Source of the DNA: Deltaproteobacteria bacterium
GTDB taxonomy: Bacteria > Desulfobacterota > DSM-4660 > Desulfatiglandales > HGW-15
Direction: 5' to 3'
Assembly: GCA_019310525.1 (NCBI GenBank)
Contig: JAFDEE010000009.1
Coordinates: forward strand, 16,785-80,784
DNA length: 64,000 nucleotides
In this document: one piece after another, positions 27,595 through 38,096 of the stretch
Numbering within the stretch: position 1 is the stretch's first letter
Layout of the letters: each line of letters opens with the position of its first letter
Made by a program: the position numbers and the translations under genes
Notes under the pieces: model-generated
What the model was told of the DNA's origin: nothing
What the model saw: the letters and a program-made list of their open reading frames with translations, nothing else
The model's database searches: none

Positions 27595-28323
27595 TCAATC
27601 CACGGAATCTTTTCCGGCCCCGCACGTCCGTTCAAACTGCCGCACGAAATCCCGGTTGGTCATTCTGAGGAGGTGTTCCGCATTCAATCCCAAGGTTCCT
27701 GCGAGGTGCGCCAGCAGGAACATGAGGCTCCCGATCCGCCTTCCGGCCTTTTCCTTGTCCCCGGCTGCACAGAAAGCCTTAATGTCCTTCAGTTCCCTGT
27801 TCAGGGCTTCCCACACCCCGCCTCCGGGCCCCCGCCATCCCTCCCTTGAAGCCCGCTCGGTCAGGCGATGGGCGGCCTGAAGCGCCGGCAAGGCCGCGGG
27901 AACCGAGTCGAGAGAGTTGGCGGTGGAGGGAAGATCGGCCTTTTCCTTCTTCTTTATCCTGGCCCAGTTCTCCGCCACTTCCTCCGGGCTCTCCAGCTCA
28001 AGGGTCCCGAATACGTGGGGATGCCGGACCCTCATCTTCCGGGTGATCCCCTGCAGGACGTCGAGAAGATCGAATTCCCCGCGCTCCTCCGCCAGCCGGG
28101 CAAGAAAAAGGATCTGGAAAAGGAGGTCTCCCAGTTCTCCGCAAAGCTCCCCTGAATCCCCTTTTTCAACGGCGTCGAGGACCTCGTAGGCCTCTTCCAG
28201 GAGATACATTTTCACCGTGTCATCGGTCTGGCGGGCATCCCATGGACATCCTCCGGGGGACCGCAGGGTTTCGAGCAGTTCTGATAGGGCGATGAAGGCC
28301 CTGGATAGCTCCTCTTTTTTCAT
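27595..28323 (-). CDS. mazG: MazG nucleoside triphosphate pyrophosphohydrolase
   Basis: MazG-type CPWDARQT...LLEEAYEVLDA and a second EExGD-like repeat. ATGA overlap with upstream cvpA. Confidence 0.87.
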   Translation of the reverse strand: MKKEELSRAFIALSELLETLRSPGGCPWDARQTDDTVKMYLLEEAYEVLDAVEKGDSGELCGELGDLLFQILFLARLAEERGEFDLLDVLQGITRKMRVRHPHVFGTLELESPEEVAENWARIKKKEKADLPSTANSLDSVPAALPALQAAHRLTERASREGWRGPGGGVWEALNRELKDIKAFCAAGDKEKAGRRIGSLMFLLAHLAGTLGLNAEHLLRMTNRDFVRQFERTCGAGKDSVD

Positions 28324-28880
28324 TGCTTCTCGGTAATGCGGGAGGCTTTCCCCTGGATTCCACCGCCTACCTCCAGGGCAGTTTCCACGAATTTTTTCTT
28401 GAAGTGCCGGTAATGTTCAGGGGAAATCAGGCGGGTAAGGGTTTGATAGGAGGAAACGATCAGGGGCCCCAGCCTGGAACGGGCCAGGAGGGGCGTCCGG
28501 GCGGGGAGAAAAAAGGTGAGAAGAACGATTCCCAAGTAAACAATGAGGATCCCCTTGAGGGCGGCAAGCCCGACCCCGAGCGTCTTATCCACCCACCCGA
28601 GAAGGGCCTTGCGGAAAAGCCACTTCATGGCCCATCCCAGGAGGTTGCAGACGAGGAGAACAGAGAAAAAAACCCCGGCAAAAGCGATCAGGTTAAGGAA
28701 GCGTGTCCGGGGCAGGAAGGTCTGGAGGAGTGCGGATGCTTCAGGTTGAAAACGGAGCGCCAGTAAAATACCCAGGATCACGCCGGCCAGTGAGGCGATC
28801 TCCTTGAAGAAACCCCTCATGAGGCCCCTCACGATGAGAAAGGTCATCACGGCGATGATAATGATGTCCAGCACATTCAT
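28320..28880 (-). CDS. cvpA: CvpA-family membrane protein
   Basis: MNVLDIIIIAVMTFLIVRGLMRGFFKE N-terminus and a 4-TM profile typical of CvpA. Confidence 0.83.
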   Translation of the reverse strand: MNVLDIIIIAVMTFLIVRGLMRGFFKEIASLAGVILGILLALRFQPEASALLQTFLPRTRFLNLIAFAGVFFSVLLVCNLLGWAMKWLFRKALLGWVDKTLGVGLAALKGILIVYLGIVLLTFFLPARTPLLARSRLGPLIVSSYQTLTRLISPEHYRHFKKKFVETALEVGGGIQGKASRITEKQ

Positions 28881-28983
28881 GGAAAACTTCTACCAAAGTT
28901 TGCTCGTGACCGTCAAGGCGAAACTGGGCGCCCGGGCGGACCCCGTCCCTCCCGGAGGTGACGGGGAAAGGTTAGGAAATCAC

Positions 28984-29013
28984 TTGACAGCAAAGAAGGC
29001 GGGGCCCCATAAT
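28984..29013 (+). promoter_or_regulatory. Putative sigma70 promoter of the HD-GYP gene
   Basis: TTGACA (28984-28989), 18-nt spacer, CATAAT (29008-29013). About 105 nt upstream of the ATG. Confidence 0.45.
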
Positions 29014-29117
29014 CCCTTCCGGTTCCCTGAAAACGGAATGCGGTCATTTCCTAAAAGTCCTTCCAGGGTTCCTTTTCAGCTCCATACACCATCCCGGAAT
29101 AGAGAGATGAATTGAAA

Positions 29118-30386
29118 ATGCTGAGTGAACGAGAAAAAATCGACCTTATCAACCAGATCAGTCTGGACTTCAACCAGACGAAGGACATCGATCTTCTTCT
29201 TGAAAAAATCCTTGCCAACGTCCGCAAACTCCTCGACGCAGACGCCGGGTCCATCTACCTCAAGCGCGGGGATTCCCTTACTTTCAGCCATACCCAGAAC
29301 GATACGCTTCGAAAACGCCTCAAGCCCAACGAGAAGCTTGTCTTCAACACCCACTCCGTTCCAATCAACAATGCCTCCATCGCTGGATTCGTGGCGAAAA
29401 ACAAACAGGCGCTAAATATCCCCGACGTCTACCGGTTGAACAGCTCGGTGCCTTACATCTTCGACTCCCACTTCGACCGCCTCACCGACTACCGAACCCG
29501 GTCCGTCCTGGCGGTCCCCATGACCAACCAGAGGGGGGAGGTCCTGGGAGTCATGCAGATCATCAATGCCCTGGACGAGAACGGTCGGCCGATCCCCTTC
29601 TCTCCCACCGACGAGGCCCTTTGCATGCATTTCGCCACCAGCGCGGCCCTGGCCGTGGAACGCGCCCAGATGACCCGCAACATCATCCTGCGGATGATCA
29701 GCATGGCCTCCCTGCGGGATCCAAGGGAAACCGCGGGCCACGTGAACCGGGTCGCTGCTTACTCCGTGGAGATTTACGAACGATGGGCTACGGCCCAGGG
29801 AATCACTCCTGAAGAAATCGAGCGACAAAAGGACGTATTGCGCCTGGCGGCCATGCTCCACGATGTGGGCAAGATCGCCATCAGTGACCTCATTCTCAAG
29901 AAACCCGACAGACTGAGCGTGGACGAATTCGAAATCATGAAAAGCCACACGTATCTCGGAGCACGCCTCTTCCACGACGTGCAGTCGGATTTCGAGGAAA
30001 TGGCCGCCACGGTGGCTCTCAACCATCATGAAAAGTGGGACGGCACAGGCTATCCGGGGCATATCGACCCCGTCTCCGGGCATCCCGTTCCCGGCCGTAT
30101 CCTGCCTGACGGCCGGCCGGAACCCAAGCGGGGGGAGGAAATTCCCCTGTTCGGAAGGATCGTGGCCGTGGCCGACGTCTACGACGCCCTCTGCTCGCAC
30201 CGTTCTTACAAGGAAGCGTGGAACGAGGACCGGGTCCTGGAGGAGATGCATCAATCCTCGGGAAAGCACTTTGACCCGGAAATCCTGGAGGCCTTTTTCT
30301 CATGCCTCGAAATCCTTAAATCCATTTCATCCCGGTATCCCGATGAAAACAACGAAAAAGAATCCATGCCCCAGTGCCTCCCCTAA
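29118..30386 (+). CDS. GAF domain-containing HD-GYP phosphodiesterase
   Basis: N-terminal GAF domain, then HD-GYP motifs HDVGKIAI and HHEKWDGTGYP. The ATG at 29118 is preferred over the TTG at 29112. Confidence 0.88.
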   Translation: MLSEREKIDLINQISLDFNQTKDIDLLLEKILANVRKLLDADAGSIYLKRGDSLTFSHTQNDTLRKRLKPNEKLVFNTHSVPINNASIAGFVAKNKQALNIPDVYRLNSSVPYIFDSHFDRLTDYRTRSVLAVPMTNQRGEVLGVMQIINALDENGRPIPFSPTDEALCMHFATSAALAVERAQMTRNIILRMISMASLRDPRETAGHVNRVAAYSVEIYERWATAQGITPEEIERQKDVLRLAAMLHDVGKIAISDLILKKPDRLSVDEFEIMKSHTYLGARLFHDVQSDFEEMAATVALNHHEKWDGTGYPGHIDPVSGHPVPGRILPDGRPEPKRGEEIPLFGRIVAVADVYDALCSHRSYKEAWNEDRVLEEMHQSSGKHFDPEILEAFFSCLEILKSISSRYPDENNEKESMPQCLP

Positions 30387-31821
30387 GGCTTCTCCCCCCG
30401 GAGATCCCGCCTTGCGGAGGCCCGCCCTGATCGTGGCGACGATCAGTTCCTTCATGACCCCCTTCATGGGATCCTCCATCAACCTGGCCCTTCCCGCCAT
30501 ATCCAAACAATTTCAGATCGGAGCGGTCCTCCTGAGCTGGGTGGCGACCTCCTACCTCCTGGCCTCGGCCGTCTCCCTGGTCCCCTTCGGGCGGATCGCG
30601 GACATTCACGGAAGAAAACTGGTCTTTTCATGGGGTATCCTCCTCTTTACCCTTTCCTCCCTCCTTTGCGCCTTATCCTTTTCGGCATCTGCACTGATTC
30701 TTTTCAGAATCTTCCAGGGAATCGGGAGCGCCATGGTCTTTTCAACGGGCATAGCCATCCTCACTTCGGTATTTCCTCCCTGGGAGCGGGGTAAAGTGCT
30801 CGGGATCAACGTCGCTGCAGTCTATGTGGGTCTCGCCCTCGGCCCCTCTCTGGGCGGTTTCCTGACCCAACACCTGACCTGGAGGAGCGTTTTTCTGGCC
30901 AACATTCCCTTCGGCCTGATCGTCATCTTCCTGGTGTGGTGGAGACTTCCCGGCGAATGGGCCGAGGCCCGTGGAGAATCCTTCGACGTTCCCGGCTCAC
31001 TCCTATACACCCTGGCCGTTTTCGGCGCCATGTACGGATTGTCTCTTCTCCCCGAAGTGAAAGGGGCCCTGATCCTTCTGGGAGGATTGGTGTGCCTGAC
31101 CATTTTCATCATCTGGGAAGAGCGGACGGAAAATCCCGTGTTCGAGTTGAGGCTTTTCAGGACCAACAGGGTCTTCGCCTTCTCCAGCCTGGCCGCGCTC
31201 ATCAATTACAGCGCCACCTTTGCTGTGACCTTCCTGTTGAGCCTCTTCCTGCAGCATATCAAGGGACTCAGCCCCCAAAAGGCCGGGATGGTCCTGATGG
31301 CCCAGCCGGTCGTGATGGCCATCTTTTCACCCCTGGCGGGCAGAATCTCTGACAGGGTGGAGCCGAGGGTCGTGGCCTCCCTTGGAATGGCCCTTACCAC
31401 CGCAGGTCTCCTCTTTTTCACCTTTGCCGATTCTTCCATCTCCCTGGCCGGGCTGACAGGAGGTCTGGTGTTACTGGGTCTGGGATTTGCGGTCTTTTCC
31501 TCCCCCAATACCAATGCCATCATGGGTTCGGTGGAAAAGAGGTTTTACGGGATCGCTTCAGGCGCCGTGGGCACCATGCGCCTCCTCGGGATGCTCATCA
31601 GCATGGCCGTCGTAACCTTCCTCTTCAGCCTGCTTATCGGGCATGCCCGGATCACACCCCAAAACCATTCCCTTTTCCTGAAAAGTATGAAGGCGTCCTT
31701 CCTGGTCTTTTCCCTGCTCTGTTTCGGTGGAATCTTCGCCTCCATGACCAGGGGCAGGTTGAGGGACGGGGAATCCCTCGCACCACCTCCCGCGGGCCCG
31801 AAAAAGGATCCCCCGAGCTGA
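30343..31821 (+). CDS. MFS transporter (DHA2/EmrB-like, 14-TM type)
   Basis: The polytopic profile begins LIVATISSFMTPFMGSSINLALPAI. MFS motif GRIADIHGRK. The start at 30343 is the last Met before TM1 and overlaps the HD-GYP gene by 44 nt. The track extension to 30028 was rejected. Confidence 0.83.
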   Translation: MKTTKKNPCPSASPKASPPGDPALRRPALIVATISSFMTPFMGSSINLALPAISKQFQIGAVLLSWVATSYLLASAVSLVPFGRIADIHGRKLVFSWGILLFTLSSLLCALSFSASALILFRIFQGIGSAMVFSTGIAILTSVFPPWERGKVLGINVAAVYVGLALGPSLGGFLTQHLTWRSVFLANIPFGLIVIFLVWWRLPGEWAEARGESFDVPGSLLYTLAVFGAMYGLSLLPEVKGALILLGGLVCLTIFIIWEERTENPVFELRLFRTNRVFAFSSLAALINYSATFAVTFLLSLFLQHIKGLSPQKAGMVLMAQPVVMAIFSPLAGRISDRVEPRVVASLGMALTTAGLLFFTFADSSISLAGLTGGLVLLGLGFAVFSSPNTNAIMGSVEKRFYGIASGAVGTMRLLGMLISMAVVTFLFSLLIGHARITPQNHSLFLKSMKASFLVFSLLCFGGIFASMTRGRLRDGESLAPPPAGPKKDPPS

Positions 31822-32061
31822 ACCATCCCGGGGTTCCCCGTCCTTTGGAAGACCCGATCCCTTGCCATTTCCATCGTAGGCCTTATGTTGGGACCAGGGA
31901 TGCCGGCAGGTAAGCCCACTCTATGAGTTTTTCTTGCATGTCACCCGGCCCTGTGATAGGAGATCTCTATCAATGCAGGGTATATCAGGCCGTTACGGTA
32001 TTCGGCCCCATGGGACAGCCCCAAGAATAAGGGCCGAAGTGTTCGGAAAATCTGGTTCGAT

Positions 32062-32484
32062 ATGAAATTTGAAACCCTGGATATTTTCACCAGGACCTCC
32101 TCGGGCACGGACATTATCGACCTCACTCCTCAAGTGATGGATAGGTTGCGCCGATCAGGGATACAGATGGGGGCGGTGACCCTCTTCATCCCCGGATCCA
32201 CCGCAGCCCTTACGACCATCGAGTACGAGAGCGGAGTGATCAATGATCTCAAGAAGGCTATCGAGAGGATGGCCCCCAAAGATCTCCATTACGAACACAA
32301 CGAAAGGTGGGGGGACGGAAATGGTTACGCCCATGTCCGGGCCGCCCTCCTGGGGCCTTCCCTCCACATCCCCGTGGTGGAGGGAAGACTCACCCTCGGG
32401 ACCTGGCAACAGATCGTCCTCCTGGACTTTGACAACAGGCCGAGGGAGCGCCATATTATCATGCAGGTTTCAGGAGAAAAGTGA
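32062..32484 (+). CDS. yjbQ: YjbQ/UPF0047 family (secondary thiamine-phosphate synthase) protein
   Basis: The 140-aa protein matches UPF0047 throughout (ITLFIPGSTAALTTIEYE, GNGYAHVRAALLGPS, LGTWQQIVLLDFD). Confidence 0.87.
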   Translation: MKFETLDIFTRTSSGTDIIDLTPQVMDRLRRSGIQMGAVTLFIPGSTAALTTIEYESGVINDLKKAIERMAPKDLHYEHNERWGDGNGYAHVRAALLGPSLHIPVVEGRLTLGTWQQIVLLDFDNRPRERHIIMQVSGEK

Positions 32485-33483
32485 GTGGGACGCCGTCCGG
32501 CCGACAATCCGGGTTACGAGAGCAAGAAGGTGACCTTTTCGGACCCCGGTCTTTTCGCCTCTCTCTGTGGGGAGCGCAACGCCAACCTTCAGCTCCTGGA
32601 AAAAAAGATGGGCGTGACCGTCCATGCAAGGGGAAACCAGGTAACCTTAAAGGGCGGTTACTGGGACGTGGAACTGGCAGAAAAGGTTCTCACACAACTC
32701 TACCAACTCCTAAAAAGCGGTCACCCCCTTTTCCCCAACGACGTAGGATACGCTATCAGGATCCTCAGCAGCGATCCCTCGGCGGACCTACAGAAAATCT
32801 TCCTGGACAAGGTTTACATCTCACCCGGAAAGACGGTCATCAACCCCAAAAGCATCAACCAGAAGGCTTATATCGATTCCATCAGGAAGTACGATATCGT
32901 CTTCGGCATCGGCCCGGCCGGCACCGGCAAAACCTACCTGGCCATGGCCATGGCCGTGGCCACCCTGCAGAGAAAGGAAGTCAAGCGGGTGGTGTTGGCC
33001 AGGCCTGCGGTCGAGGCGGGAGAACACCTGGGTTTCCTGCCGGGAGATCTCTATGAAAAAGTGAACCCGTACCTGCGGCCCCTTTATGATGCCCTTCATG
33101 ACATGATGGACTTCGAGGACGCCTCCCGGCTCATTCAGAGGGGCGTAATCGAGGTGGCTCCCCTGGCCTTCATGAGGGGGAGGACGCTGAACGATTCCTT
33201 CGTGATCCTCGACGAGGCCCAGAACGCGACGAGCGAACAAATGAAGATGTTCTTGACCCGTCTGGGTTTTAGTTCCAAGGCCGTGATCACCGGCGACGTC
33301 ACCCAGACCGACCTCCCGGAAGGAAAAGTTTCAGGCCTCATAGAGGCCAGGGAGATCCTCTCCGGGATCAAAGGAATCAAATTCATCTATTTTTCCAGGG
33401 AGGATGTTGTCAGGCACCCGTTGGTTCAAGAGATCATAGACGCCTATGAAAGACGGGAGGCCGGACAGGGAACGGGAAACTGA
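32485..33483 (+). CDS. phoH: PhoH-family ATPase
   Basis: Walker A GPAGTGKTYLAMA, plus DEAQN and ITGDVTQ motifs. The GTG start immediately follows the yjbQ stop. Confidence 0.9.
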   Translation: MGRRPADNPGYESKKVTFSDPGLFASLCGERNANLQLLEKKMGVTVHARGNQVTLKGGYWDVELAEKVLTQLYQLLKSGHPLFPNDVGYAIRILSSDPSADLQKIFLDKVYISPGKTVINPKSINQKAYIDSIRKYDIVFGIGPAGTGKTYLAMAMAVATLQRKEVKRVVLARPAVEAGEHLGFLPGDLYEKVNPYLRPLYDALHDMMDFEDASRLIQRGVIEVAPLAFMRGRTLNDSFVILDEAQNATSEQMKMFLTRLGFSSKAVITGDVTQTDLPEGKVSGLIEAREILSGIKGIKFIYFSREDVVRHPLVQEIIDAYERREAGQGTGN

Positions 33484-33538
33484 ATGGGCGGGAAAAACGC
33501 CAGGTCGCCCGGACCATCGGCCGCAAAAAGGTTCAACC

Positions 33539-36013
33539 ATGAACGATAGAACCAAAACGAATCCTTCGGGGAGGAAAAAATCCCCGAAACAAAAGGGAAG
33601 GGGGCGTCCTTTCACTAAGGCCATTATTGGGTCCTTGAAAGGCCTCTCCGAGCCCGAACGCCTTAAATGGCTGGTTTTCACCCTTTTGAGCCTGGTTGTT
33701 TCCCTGGCCCTTTACCCCGGGATCCTGAGCAGGCCGGCGGCTTACAGATTGGGTGACATAGCAAGCAGAGACATTAAGGCCTCCGAGGACTTCCTCATCG
33801 AGAACAAGGAGTTGACGGAAAAAAACCGGGAGCAGGCCGTCAAAGCAGTTCTGGCGGTCTACGACTTCGACCGGTCCTCTTCCAACCTTGTGGCCGCCAT
33901 CCGCGAGGCCTTCAAGGCCGGAAGGGAATACGCAAGCCGGTTCCCGCCCGGGAAGATCAGGGGCCCGGAGCCCTATCCCGTTCAGGAGCCGATTCCCCGG
34001 GAACAGGCTGAGAACCGGGAGGAAATCTTCAACACCTTTTTCGGCACCCTGGGCATTCCACCGGAACGTGAAATCTTCGATACCCTGCTTGAAGCCGGCT
34101 TCCCTCCGCAGGTGGAAGAAAGAATCATAACACTCGTCACCCGTGTTTCCGAGAGGGGAATCGTGGGTAACTGGCCCATGCTCAAAAAGCACATGGAAAA
34201 GGGCGGCATCATCCTTCACGAAATCGCCTCCAAGCAGGAAAGAAAGGTGACGGATCTTCGCCTCTTCTACGACCTCGAAGGGGCAAGGGAGTACGTGGCA
34301 AGCCGGATGGAGTCCGTACAGGAGTCGATTCCATCCCCTGAACTGGCCCGGGTGACCGTAAGATTGACACAACTTCTTTTGAGACCGAACCTCACCTTCA
34401 ACCAGCGGGAAACCGAGGTAAGAAAAGACGAATCCAGTGCATCCGTCCATCCGGTTTACTTCAAGGTCAAGAAAGGCGAGATGCTCGTCAGAGAAGGGGA
34501 ACGCATCGGCCCTGAACACCTCCTTAAGCTTTCGGCCGAAATGCGAGCCAAAAATCGCCTCGACTCCGTGGGTCGGGTTCCCGCCATGGCCCTCCTGGTG
34601 GGGACGCTCCTGCTGGTCATTTACCTGACGGGCTCCAGGGAGGCCAGGGCCTTCAGGGGAGACCGAAGAGATCTCCTCTTCAACGCCCTTACCCTTTTGG
34701 GCCTTTTCATCTTCGCCTGGGTTTACGGGTTCATCGCCGAAGAGGTGGCCAGGGGGTTCAGCTACTTCTCCGCCACGGCCCTGCTCTTCGCCCTACCCAT
34801 CGCCTTCGGCTCCATGGTGATTTCCATCTTCCAGGGAATGGCCATCGCCTGGGCCTTTTCTCTGGTGATCTCGGTCCTCGTCTCCCTGGTCACGGGCGGC
34901 CGGGTGGAATTTTTCATCTACTATTTCATCAGCAGTCTCTTGGCCGCTTACGGAGTAAAGAATTGCAAGGAGAGAGGCATACTCATCAAAACCGGCCTCA
35001 TGGTGGGACTCGTCAATATGGTCCTGGCCCTGGCCATCGAAATGATTTACGGGACCTTCTATTCCCTTGAATCCATCATTGCGGCCGCTTCGGGATTTGC
35101 GGGGGGAATCCTTTCCGGGGTCATCGCAACGGGGATTCTTCCCCTGGTGGAGATGGCTTTCGGTTTCACAAGCGACATCAAGCTGCTGGAGCTGGCCAGC
35201 CTGGATCAGCCGCTCTTGAGGGAACTGATGGTCCGCGCCCCGGGGACATATCACCACAGCGTGATCACCAGCAATATGGTGGAGGCCACGGCCAAGGCCG
35301 TGGATGCAAACCCACTCCTGGCCAAGGTCAGCGCCTATTACCACGATATCGGAAAGATGAAAAAACCCCTCTATTTCATCGAAAACCAGCTGGGAGGAGA
35401 AAACCGCCATGAAAAACTGGCCCCTTCCATGAGCAGTTTGATCCTCATCTCCCATGTGAAAGACGGGGTTGAACTCGCCAGGGAACACAGGCTGGGGAAG
35501 GAAATCATCGACATCATTCAACAGCACCACGGCACCAGCCTGATCTCCTTTTTCTATCACAAGGCCAAGGAACGAATGCTTACCAAAGGAACCAAGTGCG
35601 GCGAGATCAAGGAAGAGGATTTCCGCTATCCGGGCCCGAAACCCCAAACAAAGGAGGCCGGCCTTGTCATGCTGGCCGATATGGTGGAGGCCGCATCACG
35701 CTCCCTCGTGGACCCGACTCCCGCCAGGATCCAGGGAATGGTCCAGAAAATCATCAACAAGGTCTTCTCGGACGGCCAGTTGAACGAGTGTGAACTCACC
35801 CTCAAGGACCTTAACGAAATCGCCAAAAGTTTCAACAAGACCCTGAGCGGGATCTTCCATCACCGCGTGGAGTACCCGGAGACGGCGTCAAGGGCCGGCA
35901 AAAAGACGAAAAATGGATATCCTGATCAAGTCCCGAAAGAAGATTCCGGGCTTAAAAATGCAAACGGTAAAGAAGAATCTGGAGAAGGTCTTAAGCGCCT
36001 TGGGCTGTCATGA
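33539..36013 (+). CDS. pgpH: 7TM-HD (PgpH/YqfF-type) membrane phosphohydrolase
   Basis: Extracellular N-terminal domain, seven TM helices and a C-terminal HD domain (YHHSV...YYHDIGK...HHG). Start at MNDRTK (33539); the exact start is uncertain. Confidence 0.86.
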   Translation: MNDRTKTNPSGRKKSPKQKGRGRPFTKAIIGSLKGLSEPERLKWLVFTLLSLVVSLALYPGILSRPAAYRLGDIASRDIKASEDFLIENKELTEKNREQAVKAVLAVYDFDRSSSNLVAAIREAFKAGREYASRFPPGKIRGPEPYPVQEPIPREQAENREEIFNTFFGTLGIPPEREIFDTLLEAGFPPQVEERIITLVTRVSERGIVGNWPMLKKHMEKGGIILHEIASKQERKVTDLRLFYDLEGAREYVASRMESVQESIPSPELARVTVRLTQLLLRPNLTFNQRETEVRKDESSASVHPVYFKVKKGEMLVREGERIGPEHLLKLSAEMRAKNRLDSVGRVPAMALLVGTLLLVIYLTGSREARAFRGDRRDLLFNALTLLGLFIFAWVYGFIAEEVARGFSYFSATALLFALPIAFGSMVISIFQGMAIAWAFSLVISVLVSLVTGGRVEFFIYYFISSLLAAYGVKNCKERGILIKTGLMVGLVNMVLALAIEMIYGTFYSLESIIAAASGFAGGILSGVIATGILPLVEMAFGFTSDIKLLELASLDQPLLRELMVRAPGTYHHSVITSNMVEATAKAVDANPLLAKVSAYYHDIGKMKKPLYFIENQLGGENRHEKLAPSMSSLILISHVKDGVELAREHRLGKEIIDIIQQHHGTSLISFFYHKAKERMLTKGTKCGEIKEEDFRYPGPKPQTKEAGLVMLADMVEAASRSLVDPTPARIQGMVQKIINKVFSDGQLNECELTLKDLNEIAKSFNKTLSGIFHHRVEYPETASRAGKKTKNGYPDQVPKEDSGLKNANGKEESGEGLKRLGLS

Positions 36014-36359
36014 CCGGGAACTGAGCGTTCTCTTTACCGATAACAAACACATCGCCGAACTCAACGAGCAATATCTCCACAGGACCGGACCCACGGATGT
36101 CCTGTCTTTCCCCATGTCAGGAGGTCTTCCACCGGAAGTTGAAACCCCGATGATGGGAGACGTGGTGGTTTCTGTAGATACGGCTCTGGAGGAGTCCAGG
36201 CGCCTTGATGAACCCCTTGATAAAACCATCTATCGCTTGTTGATTCATGGAATCCTGCATCTCCTGGGTTACGATCATGAGGTCTCGGAGGAAGAAGAGG
36301 TCCGAATGGAGCGGGAACAGGAGAGGCTTTTGCGCTACATCGAGGAGGAGGAATCTTAA
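35913..36359 (+). CDS. ybeY: Endoribonuclease YbeY (rRNA maturation)
   Basis: Zinc motif HGILHLLGYDH and a family-typical N-terminal strand MDILIKSR. Overlaps the pgpH 3' end by 101 nt in another frame. Confidence 0.87.
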   Translation: MDILIKSRKKIPGLKMQTVKKNLEKVLSALGCHDRELSVLFTDNKHIAELNEQYLHRTGPTDVLSFPMSGGLPPEVETPMMGDVVVSVDTALEESRRLDEPLDKTIYRLLIHGILHLLGYDHEVSEEEEVRMEREQERLLRYIEEEES

Positions 36360-36361
36360 TC

Positions 36362-37081
36362 ATGGCACGTTTGGCAGTAAATGTGGATCACGTGGCCACG
36401 GTCAGACAGGCCCGAGGTGGACTCCAGCCTGATCCCGTGCTGGCCGCGGGGATTGTGGAGCTGGCGGGTGCGGATGGAATCATCTGCCACTTAAGAGAAG
36501 ACCGCCGCCACATCAACGACCGGGACCTGGAGCTGCTGCGGGCGACTGTCAAGACGAGGCTCAACCTGGAAATGGCCGCGGTGGAAGAAATGGTGGAGAT
36601 TGCATGCAGGGTCAAGCCCGATCTTGTAACCCTGGTTCCCGAAAAGAGGCAGGAATTGACTACCGAAGGCGGATTGAATGTACTGGCCGATCCCGGACTT
36701 TACGCCCGTGTGGTGGATCGGCTGAAAAAAAACGAAATCCCTGTAAGCTTTTTCGTCGACCCCGATCCGCGCCAGATCGAGGCGGCCCATGGGGCCGGAG
36801 CAGAGGTGGTGGAAATCCATACCGGCCACTACTCGGAGGCGAGGGGAGAGGACGAGGCCGAGGAACGGTTCCGGCGGATATCCGAGGCCGTCAAGCGGGC
36901 GGCGGAAATGAAACTGAAAGTGAGCGCCGGCCATGGACTGGACTACACCAACATCAAGCGGTTCAAGGCCCTTCCCGAAGTCGAGGAGTACAGCATCGGT
37001 CACAGTATCATCTCCCGGGCCGTTCTGGTCGGTCTTGATCGGGCGGTAAGGGACATGATCGCCCTCGTGAAAAACTTCTGA
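36362..37081 (+). CDS. pdxJ: Pyridoxine 5'-phosphate synthase
   Basis: LAVNVDHVATVRQAR N-terminus and a full-length PdxJ match (EIHTG.Y, SAGHGL). Confidence 0.93.
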   Translation: MARLAVNVDHVATVRQARGGLQPDPVLAAGIVELAGADGIICHLREDRRHINDRDLELLRATVKTRLNLEMAAVEEMVEIACRVKPDLVTLVPEKRQELTTEGGLNVLADPGLYARVVDRLKKNEIPVSFFVDPDPRQIEAAHGAGAEVVEIHTGHYSEARGEDEAEERFRRISEAVKRAAEMKLKVSAGHGLDYTNIKRFKALPEVEEYSIGHSIISRAVLVGLDRAVRDMIALVKNF

Positions 37082-37198
37082 TCCAGAGACCCTTCACTTC
37101 ATGAAACTCTCCCGGAGGAAAACTTCTTGTCAAGCCCTCCAGGAAAAGGGTAGTCTTGGCCACGGTCCCGGCCCTTGAAAGGATGGAGATTTCTCCCG

Positions 37199-37609
37199 AT
37201 GATTTATGGGATCGGCGTGGATCTTGCGAATATCCGGCGAATCGAAAAGGTGCTTATCCGTTGGAAGGACCGTTTCATCAAGAGGGTTTATACCCCGGAG
37301 GAAGCGGCCCTCTGCCTCGGCAGGCCTTTTCCACCCTCGGCCTTCGCTCTTCGCTTCGCTGCTAAAGAGGCCTTCTCCAAGGCCCTTGGACTCGGGATGA
37401 AAAAAGGGGTGCGATGGAGAGACATCGAAGTCTATCACGCCCCCAGTGGAAAACCGGAGTTGAGGCTCCATGGGCGAAGCCTGGAGATCTGCCGGCGCAA
37501 CGGGATCGAAAGGGTTCACCTGAGCCTGTCCGATGACGGCGAATACGGCGTGGCCATGGTGGTCCTGGAAACCGGTGCTTGGAAGCCGGGAGGTGTGTCT
37601 GCTTCGTGA
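37199..37609 (+). CDS. acpS: Holo-[acyl-carrier-protein] synthase
   Basis: MIYGIGVDL start with GGATGGAGA RBS. AcpS motifs FAAKEAFSKA and SLSD. Confidence 0.87.
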   Translation: MIYGIGVDLANIRRIEKVLIRWKDRFIKRVYTPEEAALCLGRPFPPSAFALRFAAKEAFSKALGLGMKKGVRWRDIEVYHAPSGKPELRLHGRSLEICRRNGIERVHLSLSDDGEYGVAMVVLETGAWKPGGVSAS

Positions 37610-38094
37610 CTGAGAAGATCCTGATATGCCATTCCAATTCCGACAGTGAAACGGTGGAGTGGGGGGAAAGGATCGCCGCCTTTCTCAAGGAGGGGGATGT
37701 CCTGGCCCTCGTGGGAGAACTCGGGAGCGGAAAGACCTGGTTCACCAAAGGCATCGCCCGTGGACTGGGAACCGCTCCGGACCTGATTGTGACAAGCCCG
37801 TCCTTCGCCCTCGTAAATGAATACGAGGGCAGGTGTCCCATCTATCATATGGACCTTTTCCGCCTCCAGGGACCGGCGGAATTCTTCTCCTCCGGCCTGG
37901 AGGAATATCTTGATGCGGGTGGAGTCACGGTGGTGGAGTGGGCGGACCGCTGGCCGGAAATATTTCCGGAGTACGCCTTGAGAGTGACCTTTCGGATCAT
38001 CGACGATCACCGGCGGGAGATCACCCTCTGGGGAAATCACCCGCGGTCCGTTTTAATCATCGAAAAAGTTGAAAAGGAGATGAACAGGGGATAG
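37606..38094 (+). CDS. tsaE: tRNA t6A37 biosynthesis ATPase TsaE
   Basis: P-loop [13 protein letters not shown] and HMDLFRL motif. The GTG start overlaps the acpS stop (GTGA). The track TTG start at 37579 is less likely. Confidence 0.83.
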   Translation: MTEKILICHSNSDSETVEWGERIAAFLKEGDVLALVGELGSGKTWFTKGIARGLGTAPDLIVTSPSFALVNEYEGRCPIYHMDLFRLQGPAEFFSSGLEEYLDAGGVTVVEWADRWPEIFPEYALRVTFRIIDDHRREITLWGNHPRSVLIIEKVEKEMNRG

Positions 38095-38096
38095 GC

